Assembly: GCA_022843925.1 (NCBI GenBank)
Contig: JALHMS010000001.1
Span: 144,294-208,293 of the forward strand
DNA length: 64,000 nucleotides
Source: Burkholderiales bacterium
GTDB lineage: Bacteria > Pseudomonadota > Gammaproteobacteria > Burkholderiales > Ga0077523
Reading direction: 5' to 3'
This document shows positions 41,132-50,591 of this stretch, piece by piece. The position numbers and the translations under genes are program-made. Numbering within the stretch: the first letter of the stretch is position 1; the number at the start of each line of letters is the position of its first letter. The notes below the pieces were generated by a model. The model searched no databases and was not told where the DNA came from. It was given only the letters and a program-made list of their open reading frames with translations.

Positions 41132-42564
41132 GCACTGCCGCGGGTGGCGGCGGAAAGCCCCCCGGGCGCATGCGCCGTCTCGCGCGGCGGTTGCGCTTCG
41201 AGCCGATCGGCTGGGTCCGCACGGTGCCTTGGAAGGAAGTCGTGTACGTGGGTGTGCCGCTGCTGCTGGCGGCGATCGCGGTCCTGTGGATAGCCCGCAC
41301 CTACATGAAGCCGTCGCTGCCCGCGAACGTGGTGTTCGGCGGCGGGCCGCCCGGCAGTGCGTATGCGGCATTCGGCGAGGCCTACGGCAAGGTGCTGGCC
41401 AGGGAACGCGTACGCCTCGACGTCCGGTCGTCCGCCGGCGGACGGGAGAACTATCGGCGGCTGCGGGAGGACGAGAACCGCATCGACGTCGGATTCGTGC
41501 GCGGCGGCATCGGTGACACGGAGGAGGCCCCGCACCTGGTGTCGCTGGGGGTGGTGGGCTACGAACCGCTCTGGGTGTTCTGTCGTGGCCAACATATCCT
41601 CGACGATCTGCCGGGCCTGAAAGGCAAGGCGATCGCCATCGGCGGCAAGGGCGCAGGGATGCGACGGATGGTGCGCACGCTGCTGGCCGCGAACGGCATC
41701 GACGAGGGCGAATTCGAGGCGCTCGAGATCGGCGGCGTGGAAGCGGCCGAGGCGTTGCTCACCGACAAGGCGGACTGCGTATTCCTGATGGAACCCCCGG
41801 AGTCCGGACTGCTGAAGGCGCTCATCTACAGCGATGACGCGCAGCTCGTGGATTTCAGCCGGCGCGTGGATGCCTACACGAAACTCATGCCTGCGCTGCA
41901 CAAGGTCGTCCTGCCCGAGGGCGCGAACGACATGCCCGGCAATCGCCCACCCCGCCCGGTGACGCTGCTCGCCGCGCAGACGCAGCTCGTGGCGCGCGAC
42001 GATCTGCATCCCGCAGTCCAGATGCTCCTGATGCAAGCGGCCACCGAGGTCCACGGCGGCATCGGCCTCTTCCAGGACGAGCGCGAGTTCCCGTCACCGC
42101 GGGTGCTCGAGTTCCCCCTGTCGGACGACGCGACGCGCTACTACACGTCGGGACGTCCGTTCCTCCAGCGCTATCTGCCCTTCTGGGCCGCGAACCTCGT
42201 CGATCGGATGCTGGTGTTCCTCATCCCGGCGCTCGCGCTGCTGTTCCCGCTGGTGCGCATCCTGCCGCCGCTGTACGCGTGGACGGTGCGCCGACGGATC
42301 TATCGCTGGTACGGCGAACTGATGTTCATCGAGAACGAGATGCGGCGTCCGCTCACCGAAGGCGAGACCCGCAACTTCGGCGAGCGGCTCGACTGGATCG
42401 AGCAGGAGGTGAACGATCTCCACACGCCGCTCTCGTTCGCGAATCAGGTGTACCTGCTGCGCCAGCACATCGACTTCGTGCAGCACAAGCTGGAGGTATC
42501 GACGGAGAACGGCGAGATAGCGGCGCCGACAGGACCTGGGGCGGCAGAGATCGAGGATCGGTAG
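41128..42564 (+). CDS. TAXI-family TRAP solute-binding-like protein with extra C-terminal TM and coiled-coil region
   Basis: N-terminal TM helix, then GGGPPGSAYAAFGEAYGKVL, SAGGRENYRRL, VDVGFVRGG (COG2358/TAXI-like). The C-terminus has hydrophobic helices (LVFLIPALALLFPLVRILPPLY) followed by a helical tail. Confidence 0.6.
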   Translation: MSTAAGGGGKPPGRMRRLARRLRFEPIGWVRTVPWKEVVYVGVPLLLAAIAVLWIARTYMKPSLPANVVFGGGPPGSAYAAFGEAYGKVLARERVRLDVRSSAGGRENYRRLREDENRIDVGFVRGGIGDTEEAPHLVSLGVVGYEPLWVFCRGQHILDDLPGLKGKAIAIGGKGAGMRRMVRTLLAANGIDEGEFEALEIGGVEAAEALLTDKADCVFLMEPPESGLLKALIYSDDAQLVDFSRRVDAYTKLMPALHKVVLPEGANDMPGNRPPRPVTLLAAQTQLVARDDLHPAVQMLLMQAATEVHGGIGLFQDEREFPSPRVLEFPLSDDATRYYTSGRPFLQRYLPFWAANLVDRMLVFLIPALALLFPLVRILPPLYAWTVRRRIYRWYGELMFIENEMRRPLTEGETRNFGERLDWIEQEVNDLHTPLSFANQVYLLRQHIDFVQHKLEVSTENGEIAAPTGPGAAEIEDR

Positions 42565-42606
42565 GGGCGAATCGCGTCGAGGAGTCTCCGTTTCGCCTGA
42601 GTCGCC

Positions 42607-44337
42607 TCAATGGATTTCCGGGTCCTCCGTGGGCTGCATACCCTCCAGGAAATCGAAGTCGCACCCTTTGTCGGCCTGGGACACGTGCTGGCTGAACAGC
42701 GCGCCATAGCCGCGCTCGAAGCGGCGCGCCTTCGGCTTCCACGCGGCGCGACGTGCCGCGAGTTCCTCGTCGCTCACCTTCACGTTCAGCTGTCGGCCCG
42801 GCACGTCGAGCTCGATGAGATCCCCGGTCTTCACGAGCGCGAGCGGTCCGCCGATCCACGACTCGGGCGCCACGTGGAGCACGCACGTGCCGTAGCTGGT
42901 GCCGCTCATGCGCGCGTCGGATATCCGCACCATGTCGCGCACGCCGGCCTTCAGCAGTTTCTTCGGGATCGGCAGCATGCCCCACTCCGGCATGCCGGGG
43001 CCGCCGAGCGGACCGGCGTTGCGGAGCACGAGCACGGAGTCGGCATCGACATCCAGTTCGGGCGTGTCGATGCGCGCGGCCATGTCGTTGTAGTCGTCGA
43101 AGACCACCGCGCGGCCGGTGTGCGTGAGCAGCCTCGGGTCCGCCGCGTTCGCCTTCAGCACGGCGCCGTCGGGGGCAAGGTTGCCTCGCAGCACGACGAG
43201 ACCACCGTCTGGGCGGATCGGGTTCGCGGGCGTGCGGATCACCTCGGTGTTGTGGATGCGCGCGCCGGCGATGTTCTCGCCGAGGGTCCTGCCGGTGCAG
43301 GTGAGTTCGCCGGTGTCGAGCAGGTCGCGCATCCCTTCGAGCAGCGCCGTGAGGCCACCGGCGTAGTAGAAGTCCTCCATGAGGTACTGGCCGGCCGGGC
43401 GCATGTTCACAAGGTAGGGGGTGCGCTTGCCGATCGCCTCGAAGTGGTCGAGATTCAGATCGATGCCGGCGCGCCGCGCGATCGCCACCACGTGGATCAG
43501 CGCATTCGTCGAACCGCCGAGCGCCATCAGCACCTTGATCGCGTTGTCGACCGAACGCGGGGTGATGATGTCACGGGGCTTCAGGTCCTCCCACACCATC
43601 TCGACGATGCGACGACCGGAGTACGAGCCCATGCGCGAATGGTTGGAGTCCGGCGCGGGAATCGCGGAGGCGTTCGGCAGGCTGAACCCGAGCGTCTCGA
43701 TGATGCCGGTCATGGTGGAGGCCGTGCCCATCGTCATGCACGTGCCGGGAGACCGCGCGATGCCCGCCTCGATGTCGTCCCAGTCGCGCTGCGTGATGTT
43801 GCCGGCGCGCAGTTCGTCCCAGTACTTCCACACGTCCGAGCCCGAGCCCAGCGCCTTGCCGGCCCAGCGTCCGGTGAGCATGGGGCCGGCGGGGACGAAG
43901 ATCGACGGCAGGTTCATGCTGAGCGCGCCCATCAGCAGCGCGGGGCCCGTCTTGTCGCAGCCCCCCATCAGCACGCAGCCGTCGACGGGATACGACCGCA
44001 GCAGTTCCTCGGTCTCCATCGCCAGGAAGTTGCGGTACATCATCGTCGTGGGCTTCTGCATCACCTCGGCCAGGGTGATCGCCGGCATCTCGAGCGGGAA
44101 CCCGCCGGCCTGCCACACGCCCCGCTTCACGTCCTCCGCACGCTCGCGGAAGTGGGAATGGCAGTGGCTGATGTCGCTCCAGGTGTTGATGATCGCGATG
44201 ACCGGCTTGCCCTTGTAGTCCTCGTGCGAGAAGCCCATCTGCAGCGTGCGCGACCGATGGCCGAAGCTCCGCATGTCGGTCTTGCCGTACCAGCGATGGG
44301 AACGCAGGGTCTCGGGGGTCTTCTTTCTCTCGCTCAC
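42607..44337 (-). CDS. IlvD/Edd family dehydratase (sugar-acid dehydratase type, e.g. arabinonate/xylonate)
   Basis: 576 aa with [32 protein letters not shown] and [15 protein letters not shown] start with GGAGGAG 6 nt upstream. Confidence 0.9.
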   Translation of the reverse strand: MSERKKTPETLRSHRWYGKTDMRSFGHRSRTLQMGFSHEDYKGKPVIAIINTWSDISHCHSHFRERAEDVKRGVWQAGGFPLEMPAITLAEVMQKPTTMMYRNFLAMETEELLRSYPVDGCVLMGGCDKTGPALLMGALSMNLPSIFVPAGPMLTGRWAGKALGSGSDVWKYWDELRAGNITQRDWDDIEAGIARSPGTCMTMGTASTMTGIIETLGFSLPNASAIPAPDSNHSRMGSYSGRRIVEMVWEDLKPRDIITPRSVDNAIKVLMALGGSTNALIHVVAIARRAGIDLNLDHFEAIGKRTPYLVNMRPAGQYLMEDFYYAGGLTALLEGMRDLLDTGELTCTGRTLGENIAGARIHNTEVIRTPANPIRPDGGLVVLRGNLAPDGAVLKANAADPRLLTHTGRAVVFDDYNDMAARIDTPELDVDADSVLVLRNAGPLGGPGMPEWGMLPIPKKLLKAGVRDMVRISDARMSGTSYGTCVLHVAPESWIGGPLALVKTGDLIELDVPGRQLNVKVSDEELAARRAAWKPKARRFERGYGALFSQHVSQADKGCDFDFLEGMQPTEDPEIH

Positions 44338-44474
44338 GGCCGGCTCCTCCGGTGATGGTTCAAGCGCCGATTATCACCGCGCAATCCGCGCCATTGCAGC
44401 CTCCTCGACCAGCAGAAATGGAAAAGGCGACCGCCAAGGAGCCTCTGCACAGCCTGCGCGGATCGCGTTGCTGT

Positions 44475-44557
44475 CGGAATCGATCGGTGGCAAGGCGCGA
44501 GGCTTGTCGATACTGGAGTATCGACAAGCCGAGCAACACCGCCAGCGATCGATTCCG
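44475..44557. repeat. 83-bp compound palindrome (17-bp outer arms, 14-bp perfect inner arms)
   Basis: Left to right: outer arm CGGAATCGATCGGTGGC, a 9-nt internal loop, inner arm GGCTTGTCGATACT, central GG, inner arm AGTATCGACAAGCC, a 10-nt internal loop, outer arm GCCAGCGATCGATTCCG. The outer arms have 1 mismatch. Confidence 0.85.
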
Positions 44558-44792
44558 GCGCAACCCTTCGGGACGGGGCCTTCCGGGCGGCTGACATTGT
44601 CGGCACAGTCCTTGTGTGCTCCAGCACACGGCGGCCTGGTCCTTCGCGTCATCCGCCCGGAAGACCTCCGTCGCGACCGCGCAGGCTATGCAGTGGCTCC
44701 TTCAGGTCGCCTTTCGTGGTGATGCCTACGTGGCTCGGGGCCGGCACGGGCAGGACGATCCGTGCGGGCCATGCGGAGGTCCCCTCGCGGGA

Positions 44793-45182
44793 TCAGTCTT
44801 CCTGGACGAACTCTTCGGGTTCGACCTCGGGCTCCACCGCGGCGAGCCGCGCGCGGCCGTTGTGGTGCTTGGAGGTGCGCGCCTTGCGGTGGTGGTCCTC
44901 GAGTTGCCGCTTCGCGGCATCGAACGCGTCGCGCAGGGCGACGTAGGCATCCTCGTTCCGATGATGATTGACGACGAACTCGGCGCCCGGGACGCGGAGG
45001 TCCACGTGAACGACGAAGTTCCTTCCCTGGTGCTTGTGCTTGTGGGGCAGTTCCACCGTCACGTGGCAGCCCATGATGGGGGAAAAGAACGACTCCAGCT
45101 TGGTGGCCTTCTCGCGGATGTGCGCCTCGAGGGCATCGGAGTGCGGAACGTCGCGGAAGGTGATCTGCAGCGGAGTTTGCAT
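44793..45182 (-). CDS. HPF/RaiA-family ribosome-associated (hibernation) protein
   Basis: MQTPLQITFRDVPHSDALEAHIREKATKLE..F...I..C.V.V is the sigma54-modulation/RaiA fold signature. It has a basic-then-acidic C-terminal tail and an AGGAGG Shine-Dalgarno upstream. Confidence 0.8.
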   Translation of the reverse strand: MQTPLQITFRDVPHSDALEAHIREKATKLESFFSPIMGCHVTVELPHKHKHQGRNFVVHVDLRVPGAEFVVNHHRNEDAYVALRDAFDAAKRQLEDHHRKARTSKHHNGRARLAAVEPEVEPEEFVQED

Positions 45183-45488
45183 ACGGTTTTCCTCCTGGTG
45201 ACAGGAACAGAATTCAGCGGACCGGACGGGCGCAAGAACCCGGTTGTCCGCTCCGGGGAACCGGCGATCACTTCACCGACGCCCGGGGCCGCTCGCTTCG
45301 CTGTCGTGGAGCGGTACTGCCGCCTCCTCTGTTGCGTTGCCTCTGCACCATCCGCCACCCCCTGCGCTCCGGACTCCGGAATCGCAGCGCCGGCGGAACA
45401 TCCTCCAGCTGGAACCTCTCCGATCAGCGGGGGTTCCCTCGCCTCTTCGATGGCCCGTCGATGGCAACCACGCAGGTGGCGTGCCGGA

Positions 45489-47510
45489 TCACGGGCCGGT
45501 CCGCTCGAACCGCAGTCGCATGCACAGCACGTGCCGCCCCGCGGGAAGCGGCCATTGCAGCGCGATCGAGACGGCCTGCATGATCTTCTCGAAGCCCGCC
45601 TCGGACTGGGACACGGTGAGCAGCGGCTGCGCCACGAGTTCGCAGGTGCGGTCGGCTTCGAGCCGGACCACGCCGCCCAGAACGCCGTCCTCGAGGCTCA
45701 TCCCTGTGGTGGCGGCAAGCGCGTGGCTGTCGCCCAGCCCACCGAGGACCGTACCGTCGTGCACGACCCGCCCCAGGAATCCGTCGCAGCTCGGCATCGC
45801 GAGTTCCATGCGCACACGCAGGTCCCCGGGCGCGCGCACGTCGACCGCGTAGCGCACCTCGACACCGTCGGGGATCAGGGCGTATTGCTTCTCGAGGGTG
45901 GCGCCGTCGAAGCCCGTGGCGAACGATGGTGCAGTGCCGCGGGCGGTGTACGTCGGCGATTGCCATTCCCCGCCTTCCACCCGCCACGCATCCACGAAGC
46001 TGTGACGCGGGCCGGTGTCCGGTTCCGCGTCGCCGGGACCGATGGCGTGGCGGAAGGCGACGCGATCGTGCGCCGATGCGATGCCCTCCCCCTGATCGTG
46101 CGTCGCTTCGTGGGCCTGCACGTTCGCGTCGAGATGGCGGTAGTAGTGTTCGCGTCGACGCGTGAGCGTGTCGCCGAAGTTGTGACGCAGCGGATACGAC
46201 GACAGCTCGACGGCGGCCGCGCTGCCGTCATCGCGGATCACGACCTGGCAGGCGAGCCCGTGCAGGAACACCTCCTCGGCGCCGTCGAGGTCGGCATCGA
46301 TGCGCAACACCGCAGGGCGCGGCGCAAGGGCATCGAGTCTCGCCTCGAGCTCGATCAGTGCGTTCCAGACTGCCCGACGCAGATGGGGCAGGTAGATGCC
46401 GCCGAAGAGCCCGTGCCAGTAGGCGTCGTTCGCCTGCGCGCGATGCAGGAGATCGACGAGGTCCGCGGTGCGCGATGCCGCCGGAAGCGCATCGACCCGC
46501 GCGGACAGGCCGAGCATGCGCTTGTGCATCCAGTTCGCTTCGGGATACCGAGACAGGAAGTTGCGCCAGATGCCGCCGCGCAGGAAGGGCTTGAAGCGCT
46601 CGTAGCTGCCGTCCGCCTTGTGCGCGGCGATGAGGTCCGCGAACACGTCGGCGCGCGGTGCCGGCAGCGACCACTCGCCCATCTCCATGTACGACGTGGT
46701 CGGCAGGTACACGATGCCGCGCGTGCGATGGCGGGCGTGGTGCTCGGCGAAGTGCATCGGCTGGATGACCGGCGAGGCCAGGACGCCCTCGATGAACTGC
46801 TCCAGCCACTTGCGGCCGTAGACCCAGTCGTAGGTCTCGGGCCAGATGCCGAACTTCTCGATGTCGTCGTAGTAGATCGCGGCGTGGGCGTCGCCGTCGG
46901 TCGCAAGCGACTCCATGTAGCTGACGACCTCGCCGGCGGGCGCGAACGGGATGCGATAGCGCAGCTGCTCGGAGATCGGGTAGAGATCGAGGCGCCGGCC
47001 GTCGTCCTCGGTCGAGAAGTACCCACCGAGTTCGTGCAGTTCGCGGCCGGCGCAGACGAAGTGATAGTCGTCGACGGTGACGAACTCGATGCCGGCCTGC
47101 GCGAGCGAGGGAACAACGGTGGCCTCCCACACACGCTCGGTGAGCCACGCCCCCCGGGGCCGGCATCCGAAGGCGCGTTCCAGGCGCACCGCGAGGGCTT
47201 CGAGCTGGGCGAGCCGATCGCGCGCGGGGATCGACGCCAGCACGGGCTCCATGTCGCCGCCGCCGAAGAGCTCGGCCTGGCCGCGCTTCACCATGTCGGC
47301 GAGCAGGGCCATGTCGGCGGGGTGACGATCGAGTAGATCGGCGAGGAGCCAGCCGCTGAAATGGGCCGAGAAACGGAAATCGGGATAGCGATGCACCGTC
47401 CGGAGGAAGGGGCCGTAGGACTTCTCGTGGGCCTCGTCCACGACGGACGCGAAGTTGCCGGCGGGCTGGTGCGCGTGGACCCCGAAAAGCAGCGAGACGG
47501 TTCGATTCAT
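45489..47510 (-). CDS. GH57-family alpha-glucan enzyme (4-alpha-glucanotransferase/amylase-like, with DUF1925/1926-type C-terminus)
   Basis: LLFGVHAHQPAGNF, AELFGGGDMEPVL, WLTERVW, YYDDIEKFGIWP (GH57 catalytic region), AQANDAYWHGLFGGIYLPHLR. Confidence 0.85.
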   Translation of the reverse strand: MNRTVSLLFGVHAHQPAGNFASVVDEAHEKSYGPFLRTVHRYPDFRFSAHFSGWLLADLLDRHPADMALLADMVKRGQAELFGGGDMEPVLASIPARDRLAQLEALAVRLERAFGCRPRGAWLTERVWEATVVPSLAQAGIEFVTVDDYHFVCAGRELHELGGYFSTEDDGRRLDLYPISEQLRYRIPFAPAGEVVSYMESLATDGDAHAAIYYDDIEKFGIWPETYDWVYGRKWLEQFIEGVLASPVIQPMHFAEHHARHRTRGIVYLPTTSYMEMGEWSLPAPRADVFADLIAAHKADGSYERFKPFLRGGIWRNFLSRYPEANWMHKRMLGLSARVDALPAASRTADLVDLLHRAQANDAYWHGLFGGIYLPHLRRAVWNALIELEARLDALAPRPAVLRIDADLDGAEEVFLHGLACQVVIRDDGSAAAVELSSYPLRHNFGDTLTRRREHYYRHLDANVQAHEATHDQGEGIASAHDRVAFRHAIGPGDAEPDTGPRHSFVDAWRVEGGEWQSPTYTARGTAPSFATGFDGATLEKQYALIPDGVEVRYAVDVRAPGDLRVRMELAMPSCDGFLGRVVHDGTVLGGLGDSHALAATTGMSLEDGVLGGVVRLEADRTCELVAQPLLTVSQSEAGFEKIMQAVSIALQWPLPAGRHVLCMRLRFERTGP

Positions 47511-48559
47511 TGTTGTTCGTCGTGTGCGCCGGCGCGCGTCGTCGGCAATCCGTTCGATGACATTGATCGACCCGGGTCCGGAAAACTCGAGCCCGCTTCG
47601 CCGGTTTCGCCACCGAGGTGGCCGGTCGCCATGGCGGCCACGGCGGCCGCCGCGATGGCCTCGCCCCACTCGGGGACGAAATGACCGGCCTCGGCATCGG
47701 TGTAGGGCGGCGCGGCCCCGCGGATATGGCGGTGCAGCGCGTGCATCACCGGGGGCCCCAGCACGGGATCCTTGCCGCCGATCGCCATGAAACACTGGCC
47801 GCTCCAGGCGGTCTCGAACCAGGCCCGGGCCATCCGCGAGAGCGCGGCGCCTTCGGCGTCGAGGTGATCGGGGACCATCGCCGGGAAGCGGCGCACGCCG
47901 GCCTTGTGCTGCGCGTCCGGGAAGGGTGCGTCATAGGCAGCCCGCTCGGCTTCGGTGAGGTGCGGGCACGCACGACCAAGGAGCTTGCCCACCTCCATAT
48001 CGGGATGGCCGGCCGCCCACTGGCGCCACGCGAGGAAGCCCGGCGACAGCGGCTCATCCCCGGTGCCGAGCGTCGTGTTCATGACGAGAAGCCCCGTGAA
48101 CCGGTCGGGCCGCGCCATGGGCAGCGTGAGGCCCAGCAACCCGCCCCAGTCCTGGCAGACCAGACAGATGCCGCGCAGGTCGAGCGCATCGATGAAGGCG
48201 AGGAGGGCGTTCCGATGCCGCTCGAACGTGTACCAGCCGTCGTCCACCGGCTTGTCGGAGCGGCCGAAGCCGAACAGATCGGGGACGACGACCCGATGCC
48301 CCGCCGCCGCGAAGACCGGGATCATGCGCCGGTAGAGGTAGCCCCAGGTGGGCTCGCCGTGCAGGCAGAGGAAGACGCCCGGGGCGCCATCGGGATCGAC
48401 ATGCGGATCGACATGCGGACCAACACCCGGACCGACATCCACATAGTGCATCCGGAGGCTGTCGAAGCCGGGCAATGCGTCGAGATAGTGCGGGGGGAAA
48501 TCGAAACCGGGGAGGTTCGCGAAGCGATGGTCGGGCGTGCGCAGGAACGCGACCGTCAT
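47507..48559 (-). CDS. Haloalkane dehalogenase, HLD-I (DhlA-like) alpha/beta hydrolase
   Basis: Collinear with Xanthobacter DhlA as I recall it: FLCLHGEPTWGYLYRRMIPVFAAAGHRVVVPDLFGFGRSDKP, CQDWGG (nucleophile Asp), FMAIGGKD, EAGHFVPEWG (catalytic His). The stop overlaps the GH57 start by 4 nt. Confidence 0.9.
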   Translation of the reverse strand: MTVAFLRTPDHRFANLPGFDFPPHYLDALPGFDSLRMHYVDVGPGVGPHVDPHVDPDGAPGVFLCLHGEPTWGYLYRRMIPVFAAAGHRVVVPDLFGFGRSDKPVDDGWYTFERHRNALLAFIDALDLRGICLVCQDWGGLLGLTLPMARPDRFTGLLVMNTTLGTGDEPLSPGFLAWRQWAAGHPDMEVGKLLGRACPHLTEAERAAYDAPFPDAQHKAGVRRFPAMVPDHLDAEGAALSRMARAWFETAWSGQCFMAIGGKDPVLGPPVMHALHRHIRGAAPPYTDAEAGHFVPEWGEAIAAAAVAAMATGHLGGETGEAGSSFPDPGRSMSSNGLPTTRAGAHDEQQ

Positions 48560-49782
48560 AGCAACCTGGAGAGATCGCCGCGGGTGAAGCCGAGCAGCGG
48601 GGCATCGACCCCGCGGGACAGCGCCACCACCTTGAACAGTTCCCCCATTTCCGACGGACTCATCAGTTTCTGCGCTTGCGACGCCAGGGGCAGGTAGATG
48701 GAAGCATGCGCCGCCGGCACCTCGGAAAGCAACTGTGCGATGCCGCAGTTCACGAGGAAGTTCGCCTGCGTCGTGTAGCCGGCAAAGCGCAGGCCGGCCG
48801 CCACACCCGCTTCCGCCACGGCGGTGAAGTCGACGTGGGCCGTGATGTCCTGCAGCCCCGGCAGGACGAAGGGGTCGTCGTGCATCCGATGCCGGTAGTG
48901 ACACACGAGCGTGCCGCGGTCTCTCTGGGAGTGGTAGTACTCGCGCCGCCCGAATCCGTAGTCGACGAAGAGCAGCGCGCCCGCGGTCAGCGATCCGGCC
49001 AGTGCGCGAACGAGCGCCTCGGCGCGCGGGCAGAACTCGGTGTCGTAGGGCGGCAGGAAGGCGAGGGCCTCGGCGCGGTCCCGCACGGGTCCGGCGGCGA
49101 GCGGTCGCCCGGCCCAGACGAACGATCCGTCGGCCAGCGACACGCCGCGCTCCCACAGACCGTCGTCGCGCCGGCTCACGAGCGACACCGGCAGCGCATC
49201 GAGCACCTCGTTCGCGAGGATCAGGCCCTCGAAGCTGGCAGGCAGCGCGTCGATCCACACGGCGCGGTGGGCCTCGCCGGGAACGCTGGCGGCGATGTGT
49301 TGCCTCTGTCGGTCGCGGAGATCGGCGCTCACGTCGAGCAGGAGGTAGCGGTGCGGGGGCTGGCCCAGCCGGGCCAGTTCCTCGAGCAGCGTCGCCGCGA
49401 GACGGCCGGTGCCGGGGCCCAGTTCCAGGACGTCGCCACCGGTCGTCGCAAGAACCTCGGCCACCTGGCGGGCCAGAGTGCGACCGAAGAGTTCGGAGAT
49501 CTCCGGCGCCGTGACGAAATCCCCATCGACGCCGAACTTGCGGCTCCCACCGGCGTAGTAGCCGAGGCCGGGGGCGTAGAGGGCGAGGTCCATGTAGGCA
49601 TCGAACGGAATCCAGCCGCCGGCGTCCGTGATCCGGTCGGCGATGAGGTCGCGGAGGCGATCGGAATGCACGATCGCCGCCACGGAGGGCGGCACCAGAT
49701 CCGGAAACAGTGCGGACAGTGCCGACAAGCCGGAGAGTGGGGACAAGCGGGACGTCGGAGCAGGATGTGGGCGCGGGGCCAC
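48556..49782 (-). CDS. DUF185 / MidA-NDUFAF7-like class I SAM-dependent methyltransferase
   Basis: IPFDAYMDLALYAPGLGYY, GDFVTAPEISELFG, VLELGPGTGRLA. The start codon is GTG. The stop overlaps the dehalogenase start by 4 nt. Confidence 0.8.
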   Translation of the reverse strand: MAPRPHPAPTSRLSPLSGLSALSALFPDLVPPSVAAIVHSDRLRDLIADRITDAGGWIPFDAYMDLALYAPGLGYYAGGSRKFGVDGDFVTAPEISELFGRTLARQVAEVLATTGGDVLELGPGTGRLAATLLEELARLGQPPHRYLLLDVSADLRDRQRQHIAASVPGEAHRAVWIDALPASFEGLILANEVLDALPVSLVSRRDDGLWERGVSLADGSFVWAGRPLAAGPVRDRAEALAFLPPYDTEFCPRAEALVRALAGSLTAGALLFVDYGFGRREYYHSQRDRGTLVCHYRHRMHDDPFVLPGLQDITAHVDFTAVAEAGVAAGLRFAGYTTQANFLVNCGIAQLLSEVPAAHASIYLPLASQAQKLMSPSEMGELFKVVALSRGVDAPLLGFTRGDLSRLL

Positions 49783-49840
49783 GGGCGGGGACGCAGGGGG
49801 CGTGGCGTAGAATCGGGATTAAACAACGAGGTGGTGAACG

Positions 49841-50581
49841 ATGCAAAACCGGGTGGTCCTGATCACCGGCGGCGCCCGACGCGTGGGTGCCGCCATCTGC
49901 CGGCATCTCCACGCGGGGGGCGCCAACCTCCTGGTGCACTACAGGTCGTCGGCAGTGGAGGCTCGGGCGCTGCAGGCCGAGCTGAACGCCATCCGGCCGG
50001 ATTCGGTGGCCCTCGTGCAGGCGAATCTGCTCAATATCGCGCACCTGCCGACGCTCGTGAACGAGACGGTCCAGCGGTTCGGCCGACTGGATGTGCTGGT
50101 CAACAACGCTTCGAGCTTCTTCCCCTCCCCGGTGGGCGACATCACCGAGGAAACCTGGGACGACCTCATCGGGACCAACCTCAAGACGCCGCTCTTCCTC
50201 TCCCAGGCCGCGGCGCCGCATCTGCGCCGCACCGAAGGGTGCATCGTGAACATCGTGGACATCCACGCCGACCGGCCCATGAAGAACTACCTCGTCTACA
50301 ACGCCGCCAAGGGCGGCCTCGTGTCGCTCACGCGGTCCCTCGCCCGGGAACTGGGGCCCGAGGTGCGGGTGAACGGCGTGGCACCCGGGGCGATCCTCTG
50401 GCCGGAGGACGAGGCGTGGTCCGACGAACTGGCGCGCCACCGCATCATCGGGACCACGCTGCTGAAGCGGGCGGGCGAACCGTCGGACATCGCGAAGGCG
50501 GTACGCTTCCTCGTCGAGGACGCGCCCTACGTCACGGGCCAGATCCTGGCGGTGGACGGCGGTCGCAGCGTGCACCTCTAG
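49841..50581 (+). CDS. Pteridine reductase-like short-chain dehydrogenase (SDR)
   Basis: [26 protein letters not shown] (Y-x3-K), [12 protein letters not shown]. This matches the PTR1/FolM-type pattern. Confidence 0.8.
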   Translation: MQNRVVLITGGARRVGAAICRHLHAGGANLLVHYRSSAVEARALQAELNAIRPDSVALVQANLLNIAHLPTLVNETVQRFGRLDVLVNNASSFFPSPVGDITEETWDDLIGTNLKTPLFLSQAAAPHLRRTEGCIVNIVDIHADRPMKNYLVYNAAKGGLVSLTRSLARELGPEVRVNGVAPGAILWPEDEAWSDELARHRIIGTTLLKRAGEPSDIAKAVRFLVEDAPYVTGQILAVDGGRSVHL

Positions 50582-50591
50582 GCCGCCCACG

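Noticed and set aside
44580-44612. GGCTGAC...TCGGCAC near 44588-44608 resembles GGCTGACCTCGGCAC in the gap repeat unit. This might indicate a dispersed element.
   Set aside because: Only two 7-mers match, with different spacing (4 nt versus 1 nt). That is consistent with chance in GC-rich DNA, so a genome-wide search would be needed before claiming a relationship.
44338-44792. A tRNA, a c-di-GMP (GEMM) riboswitch or another known riboswitch in the large gap.
   Set aside because: I saw no tRNA T-arm/anticodon architecture and no GEMM core motifs (GGCAAAC...GGACGCAAAGCC) on either strand. The region is kept only as an unexplained palindrome-bearing gap.
48393-48440. A degenerate 12-bp tandem repeat (GGATCGACATGC x2, then two diverged copies) inside the dehalogenase gene. 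It encodes VGPG-VGPH-VDPH-VDPD.
   Set aside because: It is an in-frame, short, low-complexity loop insertion relative to DhlA. It is probably slippage-derived and of little functional significance. It does not disrupt the catalytic motifs.
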